Shown here piece after piece: positions 40,064-49,583 of a stretch of 64,000 nt of DNA. The notes below the pieces were generated by a model. The model was not told where the DNA came from. It was given only the letters and a program-made list of their open reading frames with translations, and searched no databases. The DNA is from a bacterium. Lineage in GTDB: Bacteria; Krumholzibacteriota; Krumholzibacteriia; G020349025. The position numbers and the translations under genes were made by a program. The stretch covers positions 1-64,000 of the forward strand of contig JANLSU010000120.1 in NCBI GenBank assembly GCA_031362565.1. Direction: 5' to 3'. Every line of letters starts with the position of its first letter. The first letter of the stretch is position 1.

Positions 40064-40846
40064 TTAATGGGCTTCGTCTCGAACCGGCGAGAACGCCCGG
40101 CTCTTCATCTGTGCCCGCTCTCGGAACCCGCGTTCGTTATCCACGCAGATCGTGTATTTGGAGAGAGCCATTCGCGGTAACTCGTATCTATTGACGAGAC
40201 TCTTCACCCACTGAGGCAGTGCCCGCCGGAAGAATTTGACTTCGAGTGTGAAGTAGTGAGCCATTGCATGGTGCAAACAATCATTGTCGTACAACATCTG
40301 CAGCGACGGGAACATCGCGCCACGCAGGTCCTTGTCGAAGGACAGGCGCAGCGACCGGTCGTGTTTGCCGAAGAATGCCTCCCGCTCGTAGACGACGAGC
40401 GCGGCCGGGCGCAATCCGAGACCTTTGTAGTGAAATAGGAAGCGCCGGGCGTCGCGTTTTTCCTCGCCGCCCGGTCCGAGAAGCTGGACATAACGGTCGA
40501 TGTCCCCGGAGGACAAGAGGGTGTCGACATCCTTGTACAGGACCGGCGCCCGGCTCTTTTCGATCAGTTCCATGTCCTTGCGCTTGATTTCCAGGAACGT
40601 GAGACTGTCGTCTTCACACGTTCCGTAGCCGCGAATCCTGAACTTCCGGCGGGCTTTGAGCCCGTCGAGCTTCTGGTCGTAGCATTGGAACCGCAGCGTA
40701 TCGTAGTACACGCTCCGCACGGTGTATTCCGCCGACGGCAGCTTGCCGGAGAACGGGTCGAGTTCGGTATAGGGCCGAATATAATCGCGAACCTCGTCCA
40801 CAAGGTCGTTCGGAACGAGGTATTTGTATTCCGCTCGTCCGGCCAT
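40064..40846 (-). CDS. VTC / polyphosphate polymerase (TTM/CYTH) domain protein
   Basis: RAEYKY, YTVRSVYYDT, RRKFRIRGY, FLEIKRK, YEREAF, RLSFD, LEVKF, SKY. Confidence 0.92.
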   Translation of the reverse strand: MAGRAEYKYLVPNDLVDEVRDYIRPYTELDPFSGKLPSAEYTVRSVYYDTLRFQCYDQKLDGLKARRKFRIRGYGTCEDDSLTFLEIKRKDMELIEKSRAPVLYKDVDTLLSSGDIDRYVQLLGPGGEEKRDARRFLFHYKGLGLRPAALVVYEREAFFGKHDRSLRLSFDKDLRGAMFPSLQMLYDNDCLHHAMAHYFTLEVKFFRRALPQWVKSLVNRYELPRMALSKYTICVDNERGFRERAQMKSRAFSPVRDEAH

Positions 40847-42018
40847 TAGTAGCTCCACCACTGCCGCGGCGTGGGCAGGGTGCGCAAGTAACGCTTGGCG
40901 GATTCGAGCGGCGTGACCGGCGGACAGTCGATGCGGCATTTCACCAGCATGCCCGGCATCAACTCAGTGCCCGACGCATCGAGGCGGGCGGTGGCGATGA
41001 TGACCTTTTCGCCGCGCAGCGAGCGGATTTCGCGGCTCACGCCGATGATCTTGCCGTGCACGGCAGTCGATTGCTGCCAAAACGTCACCGGCGGAGTCGT
41101 GGCGCCCGCCAGTCGCGCGTAATCCTGCAGCCGCAACGGGATCGTCGCGATGTAGTGGCTCGTGTCCGAGATCGTCAGCAGCGTATCGGACGAGAACTCC
41201 CTGGAGATCGTCCCGGTGATCGGCGCGGTGACGGTATAGCTGGCAGCCCGCCCCTGAATGGACGTGATTTCACTCTCGAGCGCTGCGATGTTGGCGTGGA
41301 CGAGTTTGAGCTGCTCCGGCTTGGCACCGCTGCGCGCCGATTCGAGGCTCGTCGCGGCGATCGCGATCTCGTCGTTCAAGGTATTGGCTTCGGCTTCGAC
41401 GCGTTCGTACTCGCCTTGGGAGATGAGATTCTGCGTCAGCAGGTTGCGGCTGCGAGCCATGACCTTTTGATGTTCTTGCATGCGGCGTTTTGCCGCGTCC
41501 AGCCGCTGCTGGGCTTCGCGGACGACTGCCGCCTTTTCGCCGGTGGAAGTGACCTCCAGCATTTGGCGCGCCGTGGCGAGTTCGCCGTTTAGCGTCACGA
41601 GACGTTCTTGCATCTCGCTCGAGAAGACGCTGCCGAGGGTGTCACCCCTGGAGACGACTTGCCCGGGTGCGAGCGACGCCAGAACCGAGAAGTACACTGA
41701 GCTGCCACGGTTGAAGTTGAAGACACCGTAGCCTTCGCTCAGGCCTGTCTCGTAGTTGAAGGTATTCGCAACGAGCTGTCCATCCTGGCCCCGGAGCAGC
41801 ATCCACCGGTGCGCCGGCGAGATCTTGCCGTACGTGTCGACCGCGATCGGAAAAGCGATGGGAAGAAACAGCACCGTGCCGCTGATGAGCGCCAGAGCAA
41901 CGAGCGCCGCAGCGCGTGATTTGAGCCACAGCGGCATGCGACGAGCAGGCCGAGGCGGCAATAAGGGATGTACCTTCAGTTCCGGAGTTTCGGTTTGAAG
42001 GGGTCTTGATGGCAACAT
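40846..42018 (-). CDS. HlyD-family periplasmic adaptor (membrane fusion protein)
   Basis: N-terminal TM, GQVVSRGDTL lipoyl half, long coiled coil, VTAPITGTI, LMPGM; TAATG coupling to the VTC gene. Confidence 0.85.
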   Translation of the reverse strand: MLPSRPLQTETPELKVHPLLPPRPARRMPLWLKSRAAALVALALISGTVLFLPIAFPIAVDTYGKISPAHRWMLLRGQDGQLVANTFNYETGLSEGYGVFNFNRGSSVYFSVLASLAPGQVVSRGDTLGSVFSSEMQERLVTLNGELATARQMLEVTSTGEKAAVVREAQQRLDAAKRRMQEHQKVMARSRNLLTQNLISQGEYERVEAEANTLNDEIAIAATSLESARSGAKPEQLKLVHANIAALESEITSIQGRAASYTVTAPITGTISREFSSDTLLTISDTSHYIATIPLRLQDYARLAGATTPPVTFWQQSTAVHGKIIGVSREIRSLRGEKVIIATARLDASGTELMPGMLVKCRIDCPPVTPLESAKRYLRTLPTPRQWWSY

Positions 42019-42100
42019 GGAAGGACTCGCACCCTTCTCGTTCGTTCCACACGCGGGGAATCAAACATGATGATCGAGGGGCGGAACGTTCGCGAACAAG

Positions 42101-42140
42101 AGTTTATCAGGTCGGTGAAGGTTATGTAAGAGATTTGTTA
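42101..42140 (-). promoter_or_regulatory. Pho-box-like (OmpR/PhoB type) direct repeats and extended -10
   Basis: Minus strand TAACA/TTACA/TCACC at exact 11-bp spacing followed by TGA-TAAACT. Confidence 0.6.
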
Positions 42141-42315
42141 GCGAAGTGCCCACACGCCCACGACTTGCGCGAGTCACGCATCAGTAGCGACTCGCAACGT
42201 TACGCCCCTAAAAGGTGTGCCCCCCCTTGGGTTTCCGCCCAAAGTCGGGGCAAAACACCCGCCGCGGGGGGGGCAACGTGAACGCCCCTTCACACAATCG
42301 CAAGTCTGGGCGAGG

Positions 42316-45300
42316 CTACCGGAGAGTCACGGCTGTCGCCGCCTCCTCGGTCGCCGGCTCGCGCGCGGCCGGCCCAGGCGCCGCGTGCTCCGCTTGCCCC
42401 GGCCCCTCCGCCGCCTCAAACAGCGCCGCGTCGACGCTCTCAAGCGGCAGGCCCTGGGCGGCGGCGGCCCGAAGCGCCGCCTCGTAGGCTGCCATCCGGG
42501 CCGCGACGGTGCCGCGCTTGCGGTTGTCGCGTGCCAGGTCCTCGCGGTAGCGCTTCAGGAAGTAGCCGATCGTTTCGACGCGAATGCGGATCGAGCCGGT
42601 GGGTTTGTTCTCGTCGATGTCCTTAAAGGAGAAGTACGGAGTTCCGGAGTTCTGGATCGTCTCCTCGACGACCGTGTAGATGGGTGCATCGTGCCCGCAC
42701 TTGAAGCTCGAGAGCTCGAGCGCCACCAGGTTCGGGTGACGCGCGGTGAACTTCGCTGCCCAGACCTTGCGGCTCGTGTTCTCGCTATACGAGTTCTTCC
42801 ACACGTCGGTGATTGCAAGTGGGTGCGGAATCTCACCGCGGCGCACTTCGTCCCCGAAAAGGCGCTCGAGCAAATCCTCGTCGAGCGGCAGTGAATCGCC
42901 GGTCAATACCGGGTAACCGAGCTTCTGGAATTCTTCGAGGATCTCGTGGTTGAGCCCCGGGTCGTTGTGATACGGGCGGGCAAGCACCACGATACCGATG
43001 CGGTCCTCGGCTTCCAAACGGTCCAGCACTTCGCGCGCCTGCTGGCGCATGGTGGCATCGAAGCGGATGAGGGCGGCGTAGCCGGCCTCGACGGCGCGGG
43101 TGTTTTCCTCCTCCGACAGCCCCAAGTCCGCCGCGAACTGCGCGAACAGTTGCCGCGCCAGGAGCTTGGGCTCCGACATGTTGACGAACGTGTCGTAGAA
43201 CTTGACCCCCATCTCGGCAAACAGGTTGCCTTCCTTGATGAACGCCGCTTTCACGGCCTCGGGCGTCGTAGCGACCGTCGGACACGAACGCCGCCCTTGG
43301 GTGTTCTTCAAGAACGACGTCAGACAGTCGATCATCGGGAAGAAGATGGCGTCGAGCGGCTTCGCGACGTGGTGCGTGTACAACAAATTGTGGATGTGCG
43401 GGATGCCGATCTTGCTCGGGAAGCAGGGGTCGATGGACCCACGCTTGGCGCCATCCTTGTACATCTTCTCGTTCGTGTAGTCCGACCAGACCAGGTTGGC
43501 GGGATCGAGACCCAGCGACTCGAAATAGCCCATCCAGAGCGGACCGGTCGAGTACATGTTGAGAACGCGCGGCAGGCCGATACGGTAGCTCGCCCGGGCG
43601 CGCATCTTCTCGGCGCGGTCGCGCGTTGCCTGGCGCCACGCCCGGGCCGGAATCGGGTCCGCGACGCTCGGCGACTGCTGCGGGCGGAACGCCAAGCGCG
43701 CCGCCACCTCCGACAGGTTCGGATTCGCCTTCTTGATCTCATCGAGACTCTTCTTGATGTCGCGCATCTCGGACACGTCTTCGACGGTGCCCTTTTCGCA
43801 GGTCGCAATGATGAGCCGCTGCTCGCCGGCCGGCAGGGGGATCTTGGACGCCTGCTTCTTGGCGGGCTCGTGCTCATGGGCATGCGCTTCGTGCGCCTGC
43901 TTGTGCCGCGCCTCGTCCACCGACTTCACGTCGATGAAGGTCCGCAGGCACTTGTTCTTGCAGAAGTAGCAGCGCGTTTCTTCGCTGCGATGGGTCTTGT
44001 ACTGGATCGTTTGCACGCGCCCGAGGCCGATGAAACTCGTCTGGTGGCCGTTTTCCCACAGGCGCACCGATTCCAGAGCCGCGCCAATCGCCCCGGACTC
44101 GCCGGTGTGTTCGTGCACGAAGACGTTCGGCACCAGGCCCTTGTCGCGGAAGCGGCTTTCGATGAAATCGACCTGCGCCTTGACCGCCGCCAGATTGTAC
44201 TGCGTGCCGCCTTGGAGGACGAAGTTCCGGCCGAGCTTGGCCAAGTTGGGGATCTGCGACACGTACAGCCAAATGTTCTTGGGCAGCACGTTGGCGAGCC
44301 CGGCCATGATCTCCTCGGGCGCCCATCCCTGGCGCTGGAAGTCGACGATGTCGGACTGCATGAAAACGGCGCACCCGTAACCGAATTGCGGAAACGATGT
44401 CGCCTTGAAGGCAACGTCGGCATATTCCTCGACCTTGTAGCCCAGCTGTTCGCTCGTACTCTGCAGGAAGTAGCCGTTCCCCGCCGAACACTGCGTGTTC
44501 AGCTTAAAATCGACGACGCGCCCTTGGTTCAAGATGATGATCTTGATATCCTGGCCGCCGACATCGCAAATGACATCGACGTCCTTGTAGAAATGCAGCG
44601 CCGACTGCGTATGCGCGACGGTTTCCACGAGCGCCACATCAGCAGCCAAAACGTCCTTCAGGATGTCCTTCGCATAACCGGTCGTCCCGACGCCCAACAC
44701 TTCGAGGCTGGCACCCTGCGATTCCACTTGCCGGCGCAGGTCGGTGAACATGTCGATGGTGTCCTGAATCGGATTGCCCTTGGACAGTTGGTACGTCTTG
44801 GCGAGCACCTTCTTGTCCTTGGAGAGCAAGACCGCTTTCGTGGAAGTCGATCCACCGTCGACGCCAACAAAACCCTCGACGGTCGAGCCCGGCCGGAACG
44901 TTGTCGTCTCCCAATGCTTGCGCTTGAAACGCTCTTTGAACGCCGCGAGCTCTTCCGGTGACTTCGTGAGCCCGCCGCCCGCCGACTTCTTGGCTTTCTC
45001 TTCGACCCGTCCGACCGTGATGTAGCGCTCGAGTTCCGCGTACCCCTTGTACGTGCCGATCTCCGGCTCTTCGCTGCGGCCGAATTCGATCGCACCGATG
45101 CAAGCGAAGTACTGGCCGTTCTCGGGCACTTTGATGAGCGATGCCGGATCGACGCCTTCGGGGAGCGGCACCTTGCGTTCTTCCCAAATCTTGGGAATGT
45201 TGGTGCGCCAGGCTTCCTGCATGCCGCGAATGTAGGTGTTGGGTCCGCCGAGCAAGAGGACGTCGGGCATGAGCGTATGGCCACGCGTCAAAACCGAGAG

Positions 45301-46071
45301 ATTCTGCTGCACGATCGACTCGAAGAGCGACGCCATCAACTGGTCGTTCGGAACGCCCGTCTTCTGCAACCCATTGATGTCGGTTTCGGCGAACACGCCG
45401 CACTTGCCCGCCACCGGGTGCAAGCGCACGCCAACATAGCCCTGCTGGCACAGCTCGTCGGGCGGAATGCGCAGCTTGGCGTTGATCTTGTCGATGACCG
45501 CACCAGTGCCACCGGCGCACTTGTCGTTCATGCTCGGGATCTTCTTTTTCTTGCCGGACGATTCATCCGACTTGAAAACGATGATCTTGGCGTCCTGGCC
45601 GCCGAGTTCAACGACCGAGTTGCAGGAGGGGTACAGCTTTTCGACCGCCAAGCTGACGGCAGTCACCTCTTGCACGAACTTGGCGCCCAAGTAACGGCAG
45701 AGTCCCGAAGCGCCGGACCCGGTCGCGAACATGCGGACGTGCGGCCCGGGCTGCAAACCGAGGTCCGCCTCAATCTTGCGCAGCATTTCGAGGACTTTTT
45801 CCGGCTGCTTTGTTTCGTGGCGCTGATAGTCCTGCCACAGGACCGCATCGGTCGCGGCGTCGACAACCACCGCTTTGACGGTGGTCGAGCCGACGTCGAG
45901 GCCGATCATGCGTGGCAATCCAGGCGGCGCGCTGGGATCGAGGTACGCTGCGGCCTCCCGGGATCCTTCCCCGCCGGGAGGGCGCGAACCGTTGCCCAGC
46001 GCGCCGGAGCCGTTGCCGTTACCGTTGCCGTTGCCGCCACGCGGCGGCATGATGAATCGAACTTCGGTCAT
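42316..46071 (-). CDS. CoA-enzyme activase: two BadF/BadG/BcrA/BcrD ATPase domains plus DUF2229
   Basis: GLDVGSTTVK, ELGGQDAK, MNDKCAGGTG, GVDGGSTSTK, CSAGNG, LARPYH, SFKCGHDA. Confidence 0.92.
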   Translation of the reverse strand: MTEVRFIMPPRGGNGNGNGNGSGALGNGSRPPGGEGSREAAAYLDPSAPPGLPRMIGLDVGSTTVKAVVVDAATDAVLWQDYQRHETKQPEKVLEMLRKIEADLGLQPGPHVRMFATGSGASGLCRYLGAKFVQEVTAVSLAVEKLYPSCNSVVELGGQDAKIIVFKSDESSGKKKKIPSMNDKCAGGTGAVIDKINAKLRIPPDELCQQGYVGVRLHPVAGKCGVFAETDINGLQKTGVPNDQLMASLFESIVQQNLSVLTRGHTLMPDVLLLGGPNTYIRGMQEAWRTNIPKIWEERKVPLPEGVDPASLIKVPENGQYFACIGAIEFGRSEEPEIGTYKGYAELERYITVGRVEEKAKKSAGGGLTKSPEELAAFKERFKRKHWETTTFRPGSTVEGFVGVDGGSTSTKAVLLSKDKKVLAKTYQLSKGNPIQDTIDMFTDLRRQVESQGASLEVLGVGTTGYAKDILKDVLAADVALVETVAHTQSALHFYKDVDVICDVGGQDIKIIILNQGRVVDFKLNTQCSAGNGYFLQSTSEQLGYKVEEYADVAFKATSFPQFGYGCAVFMQSDIVDFQRQGWAPEEIMAGLANVLPKNIWLYVSQIPNLAKLGRNFVLQGGTQYNLAAVKAQVDFIESRFRDKGLVPNVFVHEHTGESGAIGAALESVRLWENGHQTSFIGLGRVQTIQYKTHRSEETRCYFCKNKCLRTFIDVKSVDEARHKQAHEAHAHEHEPAKKQASKIPLPAGEQRLIIATCEKGTVEDVSEMRDIKKSLDEIKKANPNLSEVAARLAFRPQQSPSVADPIPARAWRQATRDRAEKMRARASYRIGLPRVLNMYSTGPLWMGYFESLGLDPANLVWSDYTNEKMYKDGAKRGSIDPCFPSKIGIPHIHNLLYTHHVAKPLDAIFFPMIDCLTSFLKNTQGRRSCPTVATTPEAVKAAFIKEGNLFAEMGVKFYDTFVNMSEPKLLARQLFAQFAADLGLSEEENTRAVEAGYAALIRFDATMRQQAREVLDRLEAEDRIGIVVLARPYHNDPGLNHEILEEFQKLGYPVLTGDSLPLDEDLLERLFGDEVRRGEIPHPLAITDVWKNSYSENTSRKVWAAKFTARHPNLVALELSSFKCGHDAPIYTVVEETIQNSGTPYFSFKDIDENKPTGSIRIRVETIGYFLKRYREDLARDNRKRGTVAARMAAYEAALRAAAAQGLPLESVDAALFEAAEGPGQAEHAAPGPAAREPATEEAATAVTLR

Positions 46072-46084
46072 CGATGCCTCCGGC

Positions 46085-47881
46085 TCAGTGTGCGGCTGCC
46101 AACTCTGCGACCGGTGTCGCATTCCCACGTTCGCGGCGCATCGTTTCGGCAACGTGCAGGACGAAGTTCGACCCCTTACTGATGAAGCCCTTGTACTTGG
46201 GCACCGGCCGCAGCGGGTTCTGGAACTCCGGATGCGCGCCGAGCCACGCCTTGATCTCGTCGAGCGGCACGCCGCCGGTGGCCAAGGCGCGCGCGTACTC
46301 GTCCTTGGCCTTGAACTTGGCCTCGCCGAGCGCCATTTGCACCCGGCTGTGGGCATTGATCTCGCCCTCGCCCGAAGTCTCGACCGGCAGATAGATGAGA
46401 TCCTTGAAGTGCGAGGTCACGGCCGACTGCGCGCCATCCGACTGCGTCGACGGCATGCAACCGAAGGGCTTCAGCGACAGCACCATGTGCGCCAGTTCAT
46501 GATTCGTGTAGTAGATGGCCTTGGCGACTTCGAGATGCCCTTCGCCGCCGCCGGCACGCGAGTTGTAGAACGGATGTCCGGAGCGCGTCAGCTCGGGCTG
46601 GTCGGCAAGCCCGTGGCACGTGTGGCCGAGGGCCGCCCGCATCCGGTCGTATTCGCGCCGGAAGATGACTTCGACGAAGTTGAGGCGCTGGACGCGCTTC
46701 CGCCAATTCACCTCGCGTTGCAACTGCTTGTCGAGCCGCCACGCCGCCGGCTCCGCCACGCCTTCTTCCAGGCCACGCCGGTCGCGGATCTTCTGCCGCG
46801 CCTGGTGCGTCATGTAGTTGATCCAGGTCGCAATCGGCTCCACCAGGACTTCGGCGCCCTCCTGCTGCAGGAAGCGGAACATGTTGAAGTTGCCATCGCC
46901 CTCGGTCGTCTGCGCCCAGAACTCCCCGGTGATCTTGACGATCGGTTTGCAGCGCGTGTAGTCGACCGGGATCTGCTCGAACCGGCGCCGCACATCTTCC
47001 AGCGCATCGGTGTAGTAGTTCGTCCGCAACTGATCCACGAACTTGACCATCAAGTTGGCGGTCGCCTTTTGGCCCGTCTTGGCGAGGAAGCCCTCGAGCG
47101 CGCCCTCGACACCCGGATTCTTTCGGTCGCGCATGGTGTCGACCAAGTACTGCATCGACTCCTCGAGCACTTTGTCCGTTTGCCCCGGATTCAGCTCGTA
47201 GGGGCGGATTTGATACGCCAGCTCGTTGATGAGATCGCCCGTCATCATGGAATTCAGCATGCCGAGAAAGAAATCGAGGTTCATGTCGAGGCCTTGCTCG
47301 GCCTCCGACTGCGTCAAACCGCCGGACTGTTGGAAGAGCATGACGCGGAAGCCCTCGAAACCCGAATTGCGGAGCGCCAGCCGGAATTCGGCCTCGTACA
47401 TGCCAAAGCGGCACGGCCCGCACGCCCCGGCCGTCAAGAACACATAGTTATCGACGATCTCCTGCGCCGACAGGCCTTCCTCGTCGCGCTTCCGCTGCAG
47501 GAACTGCACGAGGCTGCCGACCGTGAAGTACGTCGGGTTGCACTGCCCGTTGTTGCCGTACTCCTTGCCGAGCTGGAACGCCTTCACGTCGGGCGACGGC
47601 ACGACTTCGCACTTGTATCCCAGGCCTTCCCAGGCGCCGCGAATGAGGTTGTCGTGCTTCCACGTCAACCCGCCGAAGACGAGCGTCGTGTGGTCGCGAT
47701 CGGCGCGCGTGAAGCCGCGCTCGACGGGGCGTTTGAATGTTTCCCGCGGGGTGTTTTCAATCCCGGCTTCGGCTTCGAGCCGCGCGCGCGCGGCGGCGAC
47801 GCGGTCGCGAATCGCATCTTCGGTCGGGGCGATTGGAATGCGCACTGCCGACGCGCCTTGCGGAGTCCGGTCGGAGATCAT
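46085..47881 (-). CDS. 2-hydroxyacyl-CoA dehydratase-related partner of the activase
   Basis: GKEYGNNGQCNPTY, GACGPCRFGMY, GGEGHLEV, KPFGCMP. Confidence 0.88.
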   Translation of the reverse strand: MISDRTPQGASAVRIPIAPTEDAIRDRVAAARARLEAEAGIENTPRETFKRPVERGFTRADRDHTTLVFGGLTWKHDNLIRGAWEGLGYKCEVVPSPDVKAFQLGKEYGNNGQCNPTYFTVGSLVQFLQRKRDEEGLSAQEIVDNYVFLTAGACGPCRFGMYEAEFRLALRNSGFEGFRVMLFQQSGGLTQSEAEQGLDMNLDFFLGMLNSMMTGDLINELAYQIRPYELNPGQTDKVLEESMQYLVDTMRDRKNPGVEGALEGFLAKTGQKATANLMVKFVDQLRTNYYTDALEDVRRRFEQIPVDYTRCKPIVKITGEFWAQTTEGDGNFNMFRFLQQEGAEVLVEPIATWINYMTHQARQKIRDRRGLEEGVAEPAAWRLDKQLQREVNWRKRVQRLNFVEVIFRREYDRMRAALGHTCHGLADQPELTRSGHPFYNSRAGGGEGHLEVAKAIYYTNHELAHMVLSLKPFGCMPSTQSDGAQSAVTSHFKDLIYLPVETSGEGEINAHSRVQMALGEAKFKAKDEYARALATGGVPLDEIKAWLGAHPEFQNPLRPVPKYKGFISKGSNFVLHVAETMRRERGNATPVAELAAAH

Positions 47882-48091
47882 GTGCAGTACCTCGCAGGAG
47901 GGGGCGTTTCCCGGTGCGACCCGGGGGGTCGAGATCCTCGTGGCGCCAAATCTAGAAGGCGCCCTTGGTTCAATTCCACGCCACAGCAGGGTTTCCAGCG
48001 AGCGGTCGGTGGGGCCCCCTCAACGGTCTGGAAGGTCCGCTGACGGACTCGAATGTTTACTTTTTGGTGCGGTTTTAGGGGCCGGCGGCGA

Positions 48092-49534
48092 TCAGAGATC
48101 GATTTCGAGCGCCAGCCCGGCGTTCCAACCGTCCATGTCGAAGGTGTAACGCGGCCCGTTGAGAACGAGGAAAGGATGTGGGATGCGCCAGATTTCGATA
48201 TTCGGCGCACTCGCGGGCAGGAGTTTGTACTTGAGCAAGCGGTACGCGCCGTTGACGGTGACTCGGAAGTGACGCGATGGAATCCGCAGCACGTCGATGC
48301 CGCCGCCGGCCACGAAGCCGAGGTTCGTGCGCTCGAAGGCGGTGTGTTCCACGCCGTCGCGGACGATGCGCGCCGAGATTGGAAACGCTCCGGCTCCCAA
48401 ACGCAGATTCGGTTTGAGGCGCGACGCGACGCGCGGCCGGTACATCACTTCGCCGGTCACCTTGTGCAGTGTCGTCCGAAACACCGCATTGCCGTCCGGG
48501 CCATCGAAGGTGTTGCGAATCTGTCCGTACTCGAAGAGCAGGCTAAGTTCCGAGCCCAGGCTGACGGGGGCGCCAACGCGCACCCCGATGGCGCCCGCCC
48601 AGTTGCCGGAGTTGCTCGTTTGCAGCAGCGTTTCCTGCGGCAGGAACGCCTGAATACGGCCCGCCTGGCCTTCGAGGATCACGCTCAGGCGCGGCTCGGG
48701 AGCCAGCAGTTCGGCGCGGACACGTGCGGCGCCGGTCTGCGCAGCGATGTAGGTCGTGACCGCGGTGTCGAAATCGGCGTCACTGGCGCGACGCCCGGGA
48801 TCGCGGACGATTTGCAGCAGCGCCCGCCGCGAACGTTCTTCGGCTTCGATGTAATCGTTGTGCGCCAGGCGTTCCTGCGCCGCCGCAAGTTCACCTTGGG
48901 GCGCGGGCCCAATCAGAACGCGCTGTTCGGTCGCCTGCGCGACTTCGATGAGGGCCGCTTCGCTGCCGCCCGGCAATGGATTCGCAAACCGGATCCACGC
49001 CGCGTCGTCCGTCCCGCTTGTTCCGGCGCCCGAAACGAGTAGCACTCCCGCACCTGCGTTCACGAGCGTGGCGTGATTCGCAAGCATGACGGCCAAGCGC
49101 ATCGCGGTGCGTTCGGTTGGCGGCAGAACGACAAATTCCTCCAGTGTCCGCCGTCCCAGGATGGCCGGCGTCAGAACGGGTCGTTGGCCGGCGACATTGC
49201 GCCACACGGTCCAGGTCGCGGACGTGCCGGCGGACGCTGCATCGCCGCGCCAATCGTCGCTCCCCAGCCTTTGTCCGTCGGCGGCGAGGATGACATCGTC
49301 GACGCGGAATCCGATGGTGCCGAGCGCCGGGCTCGCGACGACGATCCGCACCCCAAGCTCGCCCGCGGCAGCGGCATCGGCCACGGTCGACGGCGGAAAG
49401 AGATCGGGGTAGGCGGCCGCGAGACGCGCCGCGGGTGACGCCGGTACACCGGCGACACCGGTTCCAGCGACTGCAAGCGGCGCAACAACCAGGGCGAAGA
49501 CCCAAAGCGCCACGGCGAGGGTGCGATTCAACAT
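48092..49534 (-). CDS. Secreted hypothetical protein, PDZ-like N-terminus and probable outer-membrane beta-barrel C-terminus
   Basis: Signal peptide; V..V...SPA...G...DVILA.DG; amphipathic strands ending GWNAGLALEIDL. Confidence 0.65.
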   Translation of the reverse strand: MLNRTLAVALWVFALVVAPLAVAGTGVAGVPASPAARLAAAYPDLFPPSTVADAAAAGELGVRIVVASPALGTIGFRVDDVILAADGQRLGSDDWRGDAASAGTSATWTVWRNVAGQRPVLTPAILGRRTLEEFVVLPPTERTAMRLAVMLANHATLVNAGAGVLLVSGAGTSGTDDAAWIRFANPLPGGSEAALIEVAQATEQRVLIGPAPQGELAAAQERLAHNDYIEAEERSRRALLQIVRDPGRRASDADFDTAVTTYIAAQTGAARVRAELLAPEPRLSVILEGQAGRIQAFLPQETLLQTSNSGNWAGAIGVRVGAPVSLGSELSLLFEYGQIRNTFDGPDGNAVFRTTLHKVTGEVMYRPRVASRLKPNLRLGAGAFPISARIVRDGVEHTAFERTNLGFVAGGGIDVLRIPSRHFRVTVNGAYRLLKYKLLPASAPNIEIWRIPHPFLVLNGPRYTFDMDGWNAGLALEIDL

Positions 49535-49583
49535 GCAGGCAATATGGCGGATCCGCGCGGGGCAGGCAAGAGCTTGGCGGCGG

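Noticed and set aside
42240..42290. c-di-GMP-I riboswitch
   Set aside because: GGCAAA-like start only; the GAAA tetraloop and GCAAAG/P2 elements are missing.
42946..48043. Long plus-strand ORFs (671 aa, 722 aa) and similar antisense ORFs elsewhere
   Set aside because: Shadow frames of well-supported opposite-strand genes in GC-rich DNA, with no motifs.
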